Shown one piece after another: positions 1 to 7,334 of a stretch of 30,309 nt of DNA; the stretch's first letter is position 1; every line of letters begins with the position of its first letter. The position numbers and the translations under genes were made by a program. A model generated the notes under the pieces. The model was not told the DNA's origin, searched no databases, and saw only the letters and a list, made by a program, of their open reading frames with translations. The stretch comes from an uncultured Anaerolineae bacterium (GTDB lineage Bacteria; Chloroflexota; Anaerolineae; VGOG01): NCBI GenBank assembly GCA_964525665.1, contig CAZGKH010000002.1, positions 1 to 30,309 on the forward strand, written 5' to 3'.

Positions 1-1175
1 TGAGGATTGAGTTCGGCGGCAAGTACTCCCGCGCCTTCGAGTACCTGAAGATGTGCCCCATGGACGAGGTAGAAGACGGCAAGATCGAGGTCGTCGGCCC
101 CGGCATTGAGGACGTTGAAGATGGCGGATACATGGACCTGGGCATCGTCATCGAGGTGGCCGGGCGGAAGATGCAAGATGACTTCGAACCTGTGCTGGAG
201 CGACAGGTTCACTACTTCATCAACGGCGCGTCGGGCATCCAGCACATCGGGCAGCGCGACATCACCTGGATTCGTCTCAGCAAGGCTGCGGCCGACAAAG
301 GGTTCAACCTGGAGCACTTTGGCAAAATCCTCCACGCCCGCTTCCACTCCGACTTCGGAGCCATCGTGGACAAAGTACAGGTTACCATCGTCACTGAGCC
401 CGAGCTGTATGCTGAGTGGCTGGAGAAGGCCCGCGCGGCTTACGACTTCCGTAACAAGCGCCTGGCCGAGATGACTGATGAAAGCGTGGACACGTTCTAT
501 AGTTGCACTCTCTGCCAGAGCTTTGCGCCCGACCACGTCTGCGTGGTCAGCCCGGAGCGATTGGGGCTCTGCGGCGCTTACAACTGGCTGGACTGCAAGG
601 CTTCCTTCCAGATCAACCCCACCGGGCCAAACCAGCCCATTCTGAAAGGTGCGCCTATAGATCCTGCTAAGGGCTACTTTGAGGGAATCAACGAGTATGC
701 GCAGTCAGGTTCCCATGGGTCGGTGCAGGAGCTGGCCATGTATTCCATCATGGAGAACCCGATGACGGCTTGTGGTTGCTTCGAGTGCATCATGATGATC
801 GTCCCCGAGGCCAATGGTTTCATGATCGTCAGCCGTGAGGATACCAGCATGACTCCGGCCGGAATGACCTTCTCCACTCTGGCCGGCATGGCCGGGGGCG
901 GCATCCAGACGCCCGGAGTGATGGGCGTTGGAAAGTTCTTCATCCTCAGCAATAAGTTCATCCGCGCCGACGGGGGGCTCAAGCGGATCGTCTGGATGTC
1001 CAGCTTCCTCAAGGACAGTATGGCCGAGGAGATGAAGGCCGCCGCCGAGCGAGAGGGGGATCCTGACTTGGTAAACAAGATAGCCGACGAACGAGTGGCC
1101 ACCACCGTGGAGGAGCTTCTGCCCTTCTTGGAAGAGAAGGGACATCCGGCCCTGACCATGCCACCGTTGTTCTAG
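1..1175 (+). CDS. acsB: Acetyl-CoA synthase (CODH/ACS beta subunit), 5'-truncated by the window edge
   Basis: Frame is open from position 3 (RIEFGGKYSRAFEYLKM...). Contains A-cluster motifs SCTLCQSFAPDHVCVVSPERLGLCGAYNWLD and MTACGCFEC. TAG stop at 1173-1175. Followed by acsD and acsC. Confidence 0.96.
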   Translation, partial: RIEFGGKYSRAFEYLKMCPMDEVEDGKIEVVGPGIEDVEDGGYMDLGIVIEVAGRKMQDDFEPVLERQVHYFINGASGIQHIGQRDITWIRLSKAAADKGFNLEHFGKILHARFHSDFGAIVDKVQVTIVTEPELYAEWLEKARAAYDFRNKRLAEMTDESVDTFYSCTLCQSFAPDHVCVVSPERLGLCGAYNWLDCKASFQINPTGPNQPILKGAPIDPAKGYFEGINEYAQSGSHGSVQELAMYSIMENPMTACGCFECIMMIVPEANGFMIVSREDTSMTPAGMTFSTLAGMAGGGIQTPGVMGVGKFFILSNKFIRADGGLKRIVWMSSFLKDSMAEEMKAAAEREGDPDLVNKIADERVATTVEELLPFLEEKGHPALTMPPLF

Positions 1176-1176
1176 T

Positions 1177-1255
1177 GATTGGATATTGGAGATTAGATAT
1201 TGGAAGGTCTGGCAATTCAATCTCCAATACCCAATATCCAATATCCAACTTCCAG
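1177..1255. repeat. Intergenic inverted array of degenerate 7-mers (NATTGGA x4 ... TATCCAA-like x5), hairpin-forming
   Basis: gattgga tattgga gattaga tattgga (1177-1204) faces tctccaa tacccaa tatccaa tatccaa cttccag (1221-1255). Followed directly by the RBS caaaggaggataa (1256-1268). Confidence 0.85.
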
Positions 1256-1276
1256 CAAAGGAGGATAATAACGAGG

Positions 1277-2275
1277 ATGCCTGTCACAGTAGAGATACCC
1301 AAAGAAAAATGGACGGGCTCGGTGCGGGAGATCACCTTGGGTGCTACCGCCGAGCAAGGGGGTAGCAGGACCAAGACGGTCACTGTTGGCGGTGAGACCA
1401 CCCTGCCTTTCCTGCACTTCGAGGGGGGAATGCCTCACCCGCCCGTCATCGCCATCGAAATCCAGGACCATTATCCCGAAGACTGGTCGTCCCTTCTCAA
1501 GGAGGCCTGGGGCGACGCCCTGTACTGTCCCGTACAGGACAGTGCGCTCAACGATCCAGCCGCCTGGGCCGAGAAAGCCGAGGAATATGGCGCCGATCTC
1601 ATCATGCTGAAACTGAGGGGCGCCGATAACGAGGGCAACGAGACCACTCCCGAGGAGGCGGCCGCCACAGTCAAGAAAGTGTTGGCGGCGACGGGTCTCC
1701 CCTTGATCGTGCGTGGGCCCGGCCAGGCCGAGCTGGACAACGAGCTTTTAGTTGCGGCGGCCGAGGCTGCCAAGGGCGAGCGAATAGCCATGGGGCTGTG
1801 CGAGGACAAGAACTATCGCACTATCGTCGCTGCCGCTATGGCTCACGAGCAACTGGTCATCTCCAGCTCTCCAATGGACGTGAACCTGGCCAAGCAGTTG
1901 AACATCCTGATCAGCGACATGGCCTTCCCCCTGGGCCGTATCCTGATGGACCCCACCACTGGGGCATTGGGCTACGGGATCGAATATGGCTATTCGGTTA
2001 TGGAGAGATTGCGCGTAGCTGCCCTCAGCGGCGATGCTATGACCCAGCAACCCATGATCTGTTTCGCTGGTGAGGAGTCCTGGAGGCAGAAAGAGTCCAA
2101 GGCGGGTGAGGGCGTGCCTGAGGCCTGGGGCGACTGGGCCAAGCGAGGAGTTACCTGGGAGGCAATCACGGCCACCACTCTCCTCCAAACCGGCGCCGAT
2201 ATCGTTGCCGTACGCCACCCTGAGACAGTGGGAATCGTCAAGGGTTTCATTGAGAAGTTGATGGCGAGCGGTTAG
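1277..2275 (+). CDS. acsD: Corrinoid iron-sulfur protein small subunit (CODH/ACS delta)
   Basis: Start moved to ATG 1277 (MPVTVEIPKEKWTG) after a GGAGG RBS. Motifs VTVGGETTLPFLHFEG, PMDVNLAKQLN and ILMDPTTGALGYGIEYGYSVMERLR. The ORF-track extension from 1175 is repeat-derived. Confidence 0.95.
   Translation: MPVTVEIPKEKWTGSVREITLGATAEQGGSRTKTVTVGGETTLPFLHFEGGMPHPPVIAIEIQDHYPEDWSSLLKEAWGDALYCPVQDSALNDPAAWAEKAEEYGADLIMLKLRGADNEGNETTPEEAAATVKKVLAATGLPLIVRGPGQAELDNELLVAAAEAAKGERIAMGLCEDKNYRTIVAAAMAHEQLVISSSPMDVNLAKQLNILISDMAFPLGRILMDPTTGALGYGIEYGYSVMERLRVAALSGDAMTQQPMICFAGEESWRQKESKAGEGVPEAWGDWAKRGVTWEAITATTLLQTGADIVAVRHPETVGIVKGFIEKLMASG
1517..1543. repeat. 27-bp palindromic element inserted in-frame in acsD
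   Basis: gccctgtactgtcccgtacaggacagt encodes ALYCPVQDS between WGD and ALNDP. A near-identical copy lies at 22495-22521. Confidence 0.75.
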
Positions 2276-2288
2276 AAGAAGACCCGCC

Positions 2289-2561
2289 TTGAACATGATC
2301 CATTCTGCATCGGTTGATGAATTAGTAGAGTTCTTCGATACCCACGATCTGGGCGAATACTGGGATGAAATGTCCGAAGCCCATTTCGAGGTGGACATAA
2401 AGACAAAGACACACATCGGTAACCAGGGGTGCAACACGCAATTTTGCCTTGAGTGTAATGGCGAGGTGAAGGGATGGAGGTATTGCCACGATGATGAGAT
2501 ACTTCCAGAAATCAAGAATAGCCTTTGCGAGCTGATTCGAGAACAGCTTGGGCTCAAATGA
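2289..2561 (+). pseudogene. Probable chimeric remnant: central part of a CopG/BrnA-like antitoxin fused to unrelated sequence
   Basis: SVDELVEFFDTHDLGEYWDEMSEAHFEVDIK resembles the 'EFWDTHDLxDYW' antitoxin family, but the C-terminal RHH part is absent. AT-richer than the flanking acs genes. No partner toxin. Confidence 0.5.
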
Positions 2562-2594
2562 TAGCAAAACATCTTGACTAAGGAGACGATTAGA

Positions 2595-3944
2595 ATGGCA
2601 CTAAGCGGTCTTGCAATCTACAAACTGCTGCCTAAAACCAATTGTAAGGAGTGTGGGTTCCCCACCTGTTTGGCCTTCGCCATGAAGCTGGCAGCGAAGC
2701 AGGCTGAGCTTGTGGCCTGCCCCTACGTATCCGACGAAGCAAAGGAGTCCCTGGCCGCTGCTGCGGCTCCACCCATCCGCCTCGTCACTATCTCTAGTGA
2801 CGGTCGGAAGATCGAGGTGGGCAACGAGACGGTGATGTTCCGCCACGAGAAGACTTTCTACCATGAGCCGGGGTTACTGGTGCGGGTCAAGGACACCCAG
2901 CCGCTGGAGGAGTTCGAGGAGGTCGTCACCCAGGCGGCCAGCTACTCTGTGGAGCGGGTGGGGATGGAGTTGAGCGTCAGCGGCTTCGCGGTGGAGAACG
3001 CTTCTGGCGACGTTGCGCTGTTCGCTGAGCGCGTCCAGGCGCTGAAAGCTATGGCGAGTTTGCCCCTCGTTCTCATCTCCAAAGACCCCGCGGCCCTGGA
3101 GGCTGCCGTGACCAAGCTTGAGGGGACGGTTCCTCTGCTCTACGCCGCCGCCAGTGACAACTGGCAGGCCATGGCCGAATTGGCTAAGAAGCACAAGCTG
3201 CCCCTGGCGGTGCATGGGGACGGAGATCTCACCAACCTGGCCAATCTGGTCGAGCAGGTGAAGAACGCGGGCGTGGAGGACATCGTCCTCGATCCTGGAA
3301 CAAGAGGGCCAGTGGACACTTTGGCCAGCCTGATCCAGCTTCGCCGCCTGGCACTGAAGAAGAATTTCCGGCTGCTGGGTTATCCCGTCATCACCTTCCC
3401 CGGCGAAGGGGCTGCATCCGAGGCCGAAGAGGTAGCCCTCGCTGCCGAGCACATCGCCAAGTACGGTGGTTTTATCGTCCTCGACCACTTCGATCCAGCC
3501 ACCATGTACTCCCTGCTGACCCTGCGGCTGAACATCTACACCGATCCGCAGAAGCCCATCCAGATGGAGCCGGGAATCTATGAATTCGGCGAGCCAACGG
3601 CAGATTCGCCTCTCCTGACCACCACCAACTTCTCCCTGACTTACTTCAGCGTGGCCGGTGAGGTGGAGAGCTCTGGGATCCCGTGCTGGCTGTTGGTCTG
3701 TGATTCGGAGGGCATGAGCGTGCTCACTGCCTGGGCGGCGGGCAACTTTGATGCCGAGATCATAGCCAAGATGGTCAAACAGTTCAACGTGGCGGACAAG
3801 ATCGCTCACCGAAAGATCGTCATCCCCGGCTTCGTGGCTGTCATCTCTGGCGAGCTGGAGGACGAGCTGTCTGGCTGGCAAGTGCTGGTCGGCCCTCGCG
3901 AGGCCGTTGATATCCAGGCTTATCTGAAGCTCTGGCAAAGCTAG
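2595..3944 (+). CDS. acsC: Corrinoid iron-sulfur protein large subunit (CODH/ACS gamma)
   Basis: ATG 2595 after AGGAG. N-terminal 4Fe-4S motif LPKTNCKECGFPTCLAFAMKL. C-terminal TTNFSLTYFSV, GMSVLTAWAAG and GPREAVDI. Confidence 0.96.
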   Translation: MALSGLAIYKLLPKTNCKECGFPTCLAFAMKLAAKQAELVACPYVSDEAKESLAAAAAPPIRLVTISSDGRKIEVGNETVMFRHEKTFYHEPGLLVRVKDTQPLEEFEEVVTQAASYSVERVGMELSVSGFAVENASGDVALFAERVQALKAMASLPLVLISKDPAALEAAVTKLEGTVPLLYAAASDNWQAMAELAKKHKLPLAVHGDGDLTNLANLVEQVKNAGVEDIVLDPGTRGPVDTLASLIQLRRLALKKNFRLLGYPVITFPGEGAASEAEEVALAAEHIAKYGGFIVLDHFDPATMYSLLTLRLNIYTDPQKPIQMEPGIYEFGEPTADSPLLTTTNFSLTYFSVAGEVESSGIPCWLLVCDSEGMSVLTAWAAGNFDAEIIAKMVKQFNVADKIAHRKIVIPGFVAVISGELEDELSGWQVLVGPREAVDIQAYLKLWQS

Positions 3945-3959
3945 GTCGGATGGTTGGGA

Positions 3960-4028
3960 GCAACGGATAGGCAGCGGATAAGCGGATGCGAGGAACCCTC
4001 ATCCGCTTATCCGTTGTTTATCCGCTGC
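3960..4028. repeat. ~70-bp palindromic 'CGGATA/TATCCG' element, copy 1
   Basis: Perfect 11-bp inverted repeat ataagcggatg (3978-3988) / catccgcttat (4000-4010), with outer arms gcagcggata / tatccgctgc. Similar to the reverse complement of 11174-11240. Confidence 0.8.
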
Positions 4029-4046
4029 ATTGAGGGGGTACGCTGC

Positions 4047-5105
4047 GTGCTGAATTTCATATCTCCCCACCTAGCCACAAACTACTTCCTTTTGGCTTTC
4101 ATCACCATCGTGGGCGTTCTGCAATTCGTTGCTGCCCGCCATAGGCTGATAGGCCTTACCTTGACAGGAAGTGTCAGGAAACCTATCTGGGGTTACCTGT
4201 TGGCCGTAGTCCTCATCGTGGTGGCCTTCGCTTGGTTCTTCGCCGACACACCGGAAGTCTTCACCCCTGGCCTGGCCGGATCCGAACTGGTGCTCCTCTT
4301 TGGGGCAGCCGGTGTTTGCGCCCTGGCCTTCACTCTGCTCGTTTCCTCTGTTCTCCACGGGATCCAACATCGAGAGAGATCTGATCCGAAGGCCGGTGGC
4401 CGCCTTCGTCACGAGGCCGTCGCCTGGCAGCAGTTGCGGGGAACGCTCTACCTGCCTGAAGATGCGGTTCGGTCGGGGGCTGCCATCTGCGTCTTGCTCA
4501 GTCCTTTCGATGAAACCCCTTCCCCGCACTCTCTAGTGTCTAGCTTGATCGAGGAAGGCTTCATCGTCCTGGCTATGGATTGGGGCTCTGAAGATGAGAT
4601 TCGTTATCCTGCTGTACTGAGCCTGCTGCCCACTGCGGTTGCCTATCTGACGCGACGGAACGAGGTCAACCCTGAACGCATCGGCGTCCTGGGAATTGGC
4701 CTGGGCGGCGATCTGGCCATCCGGTCGGCTGGGACCGACCAACAGATCACGGCCGTGCTGGCCCTGGCTCCTTTTCTGGCCCAGGCCAACACCAGACCGG
4801 GATTGAGCATCTTGAAAGAAACTTCCTACCTGGGCGCTCTCCGCTGGGCCAATTCCCAGAAGCGAGGAAAGCTGGTGGCGGAGCTCGCTGCATCAGACTA
4901 CGTGAGCAAACTGGGGTCCCGCCCCTTGCTGCTGGTCTATGGTGAACAAGACGGCATAACCCCCGCCGAGGGAGCCCGTGTAACCCTCGGTGAGGAAATG
5001 GTGCAAGGAAGGCTGAAGTCATTGCCGGGAGAGGGGCATCTAAGCCTGCCTCATAGCCCGGCAACATCCGCTCTGGCAGTCCGCTGGTTCAAAGAGAATC
5101 TGTAG
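4047..5105 (+). CDS. Membrane-anchored alpha/beta-hydrolase-fold protein (about 3 N-terminal TM helices); nucleophile position is Gly
   Basis: GTG 4047 after gaggggg. Hydrophobic N-terminus. Contains VNPERIGVLGIGLGGDLAI (elbow), LLVYGEQDGIT (acid) and LPGEGHLS (His). Confidence 0.75.
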   Translation: MLNFISPHLATNYFLLAFITIVGVLQFVAARHRLIGLTLTGSVRKPIWGYLLAVVLIVVAFAWFFADTPEVFTPGLAGSELVLLFGAAGVCALAFTLLVSSVLHGIQHRERSDPKAGGRLRHEAVAWQQLRGTLYLPEDAVRSGAAICVLLSPFDETPSPHSLVSSLIEEGFIVLAMDWGSEDEIRYPAVLSLLPTAVAYLTRRNEVNPERIGVLGIGLGGDLAIRSAGTDQQITAVLALAPFLAQANTRPGLSILKETSYLGALRWANSQKRGKLVAELAASDYVSKLGSRPLLLVYGEQDGITPAEGARVTLGEEMVQGRLKSLPGEGHLSLPHSPATSALAVRWFKENL

Positions 5106-5106
5106 C

Positions 5107-5685
5107 ATGTCTTTAGATCTTCAGTTGTTTCAGTTGATCAATAACCTGGCTGGTCACAATGCTTTCCTGGATGGCCTGGCGCGCCTCTTGGTCAACGAGT
5201 ATTTTCTGACCACGATAATGTCCTTGATCCTAGTCATCTTCTGGTTCGAGGGTCAGGAGCGGGATCAAAGGGAACGAAATCAGAGCGCGATACTCCGAGC
5301 CCTCGTGGCCCTGTTGCTGGCTAATGTCATCTTGAAGCTGTGTAATCTGGTCTATTTTCGCCCTCGGCCCTTCGATAGCCACGAAGTCAATTTGCTCTTC
5401 TATAAACCTTGGGATTCATCCTTCCCCAGCAACCCAGCCACCGTTGGGTTTTCCGTGGCCACCGCCGTATGGCTATACAACCGACGACTGGGAGCTCTGC
5501 TCCTGGTGCTGGCTGCGTTGTTCGGTCTGTCCCGCATCTACTGTGGCGTTCACTATCCGGCGGACGTCGTCGCCGGAGCGCTGTTGGGTAGTCTGTCTGC
5601 CTACCTCGTGGTGAGGAAAGGCGGATTCATTGATCCCGCGATAAACCTGATAATCAGGATGGGGCGTAGGCTCTACCTGGCCTAG
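5107..5685 (+). CDS. PAP2-family membrane phosphatase (BcrC-like undecaprenyl-diphosphatase)
   Basis: C1 KLCNLVYFRPRP, C2 variant SSFPSNP, C3 SRIYCGVHYPADV. Multiple TM segments. Confidence 0.85.
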   Translation: MSLDLQLFQLINNLAGHNAFLDGLARLLVNEYFLTTIMSLILVIFWFEGQERDQRERNQSAILRALVALLLANVILKLCNLVYFRPRPFDSHEVNLLFYKPWDSSFPSNPATVGFSVATAVWLYNRRLGALLLVLAALFGLSRIYCGVHYPADVVAGALLGSLSAYLVVRKGGFIDPAINLIIRMGRRLYLA

Positions 5686-5757
5686 CCGATTGGCCAACTT
5701 TGCAGACCTAATTCTCGTTCTCCACGATACGTCTCCGGGCCTTTAGATGACCAAGTG

Positions 5758-5906
5758 TCAACTTACGAGAGCGATCCAGACTTCGGAGGTTTTCAGACAC
5801 GATTTCGCCAGCAAACCAACCAGATAATCCCTGTCCTGAGCCTGTCGAAGGGAACGTAACTTTGCCAGCAGAGACACTGCCGGAAACCTCCGAAGTCTTA
5901 AGTTGA
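5758..5906. repeat. ~150-bp MITE-like element with nested inverted repeats
   Basis: Outer IR tcaactta (5758-5765) / taagttga (5899-5906). Perfect 15-bp IR agacttcggaggttt (5778-5792) / aaacctccgaagtct (5884-5898). Encloses the 21-bp element at 5832-5852. Confidence 0.7.
5832..5852. repeat. 21-bp 'GTCCTGAGCCTGTCGAAGGG' element
   Basis: tgtcctgagcctgtcgaaggg is identical to 14191-14211. A variant lies at 17543-17563 on the minus strand. Confidence 0.85.
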
Positions 5907-5934
5907 ATGTTTACACGACCAGCTAGGGCATTGA

Positions 5935-5963
5935 GCCGCCTCCCACTGAAGTCGGGAGGCGAC
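5935..5963. repeat. GC-rich REP-like hairpin
   Basis: gccgcctccc-actgaagtc-gggaggcgac; arms pair at 9 of 10 positions. Confidence 0.55.
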
Positions 5964-5995
5964 TGTGTGCTCTTGGCCGAGGTCGCGGCCGAGCC

Positions 5996-6024
5996 TTGAC
6001 TTTTTGCGTTCTCAATAGTATCAT
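5996..6024 (+). promoter_or_regulatory. Sigma70-type promoter for the zincin/PsbP/WXG-like cassette
   Basis: TTGACT (5996-6001) - 17 nt - TATCAT (6019-6024). Confidence 0.7.
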
Positions 6025-6038
6025 TCATGGAGACCATC

Positions 6039-6482
6039 ATGGGCCAGCCTGGGGGAATCCAGAAACTTCAGGATGGCTTGGCAGCACTGGAGAAAGCGAG
6101 GGTGGGCCACTCAATTGCAGCAGCCATCCGTGAGCAAGGTACAACCGTGCGATTTGGCCAGGCAGGCGAAGACGCCATCGCCTGTTTTGATCCCGATAGG
6201 AACGAAATTGTAATCGGTGAAGGGTTGAAGGACGCTTCACTTAACGTTCTGGTTCAACACCTGGCCCACGAAGGCACCCATGTGCAATGGGATCGCCTTC
6301 CTTCCATTGATCAGGAATATCACGCCTTCAAGGCTGAAGCTGAAGTTTGGAATGAACTGAAAGGAAACGAGACGGACAAGCAATGCGATCAGGTTAGCGA
6401 GATGATCTCTTTAGGGAAGGCGGAAGCCAAGAAGGTGATCCGCCGTGCTCCCTCTTATCGGAACCTACCGGAGTACGCTTGA
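6039..6482 (+). CDS. Small stand-alone zincin-type metallopeptidase domain (HExxH), toxin-domain-like
   Basis: LAHEGTHVQW followed by SIDQEYHAF (candidate third ligand Glu). Start is ATG 6039 (GGAG upstream) or ATG 6027. No signal peptide. Confidence 0.65.
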   Translation: MGQPGGIQKLQDGLAALEKARVGHSIAAAIREQGTTVRFGQAGEDAIACFDPDRNEIVIGEGLKDASLNVLVQHLAHEGTHVQWDRLPSIDQEYHAFKAEAEVWNELKGNETDKQCDQVSEMISLGKAEAKKVIRRAPSYRNLPEYA

Positions 6483-6509
6483 GCAACACAGGCGAGGAGG
6501 TGATTCGTT

Positions 6510-7127
6510 ATGCTGCAAAAAGGTTACGTCCCATTTCAATCCAGTCAACCCCGCATACCATGCACCTTTCTCTATCCTGTTGGTTGGGATGTACGAGAGA
6601 TCGTAGAGGACGGGTATGTAGAGATTTTCATCCTCGGGCCCATTAGTCGGGCAGGAACCTATTCAACAACCTTGTCGGTAGGGGTGACCCGCACTGCGGG
6701 CCAAACACCGCTAGAGGCGGCGAATGCGCTGGTTTCCAAATACCGTGCTGCTTTCAAGGCCCAGGAACGGGGCCCGTTCTCTGCCACAGTAGCCGGAAGG
6801 CCAGCAGTGGAAGTGGAGATTGCCTATTCCATGCTCCTGCCGCTGAACAGTCTGGACGCCAAACAGACCCCAATTCGCGAACGGCGCATCTTTTTTGAGG
6901 AAGACGATCAACTTTACGAAGTGGATTACACAGCCCCGGAAGAGGATTATGAAACCTGGTTAGGGGCCTTCCGCACCTTGGTGCAGACCTTCGTTTTTCC
7001 GGAGGAACCCATCAAGAGAGTCCCTTATCGTCCGATCATAACAGCGGCCCCTCAGTACGTTAGCGAAGATACGATGGAATACGGGTCTGACAGGGGAGAA
7101 AGCGATGAGCAATCTGAACACCACTAG
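6510..7127 (+). CDS. PsbP/DcrB(DUF1795)-like fold protein, cytoplasmic
   Basis: Pattern FLYPVGW ... VAGRPAVEV ... LYEVDYTAPEEDYETWLGAFRTLVQTFVF. GAGGAGG RBS. No signal peptide. Confidence 0.55.
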   Translation: MLQKGYVPFQSSQPRIPCTFLYPVGWDVREIVEDGYVEIFILGPISRAGTYSTTLSVGVTRTAGQTPLEAANALVSKYRAAFKAQERGPFSATVAGRPAVEVEIAYSMLLPLNSLDAKQTPIRERRIFFEEDDQLYEVDYTAPEEDYETWLGAFRTLVQTFVFPEEPIKRVPYRPIITAAPQYVSEDTMEYGSDRGESDEQSEHH

Positions 7128-7320
7128 AGCTGAGTTACACGAATCCTGGCAGCGCGTGCGCCAGCGCTGGCAGGGGACGACGGCTCTTTGGAACGACTCG
7201 GTGCATCGGCAGTTTGAGCGGGAGTTCTGGCAGCCGCTGGAGGACCAGGTGCCGGCCACCCTGAAAGAAATGGAGCGGCTGACCGAGGTTATCACCCAGG
7301 CGCGGCGGAGCGTGAAGTAA
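7105..7320 (+). CDS. WXG100-like small helical-hairpin protein (W-x-D variant)
   Basis: 71 aa, two amphipathic helices around central LWNDSVHRQFE. Overlaps the upstream gene; GGAG RBS. Confidence 0.55.
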   Translation: MSNLNTTRAELHESWQRVRQRWQGTTALWNDSVHRQFEREFWQPLEDQVPATLKEMERLTEVITQARRSVK

Positions 7321-7334
7321 GAAAGTGAGGTGTT

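Noticed and set aside
1175-1276. N-terminal extensions given by the ORF track for acsD, the hydrolase (3954), acsE (10174), mog (11210), mreB (23667) and the C39 gene (18055)
   Set aside because: They translate repeats, promoters or overlapping genes. Downstream starts with clear Shine-Dalgarno sites match the family N-termini.
2874-3938. Long antisense ORFs (2874-3938, 1748-2572, 24202-24933, 12928-13563 and others)
   Set aside because: They are shadows of GC-rich, well-supported genes on the opposite strand or frame, with no motifs or RBS.
5900-5975. IS200/IS605 end or IscB/TnpB omega-RNA
   Set aside because: Only one hairpin with an ACTGAAGT loop is similar. No tnpA, tnpB or iscB remnant and no further scaffold was recognisable.
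5708-6040. 110-aa minus-strand ORF as a real gene
   Set aside because: It is built from repeat elements (KTSEVS, PSTGSG, NLRSL) and runs antisense over the cassette promoter.
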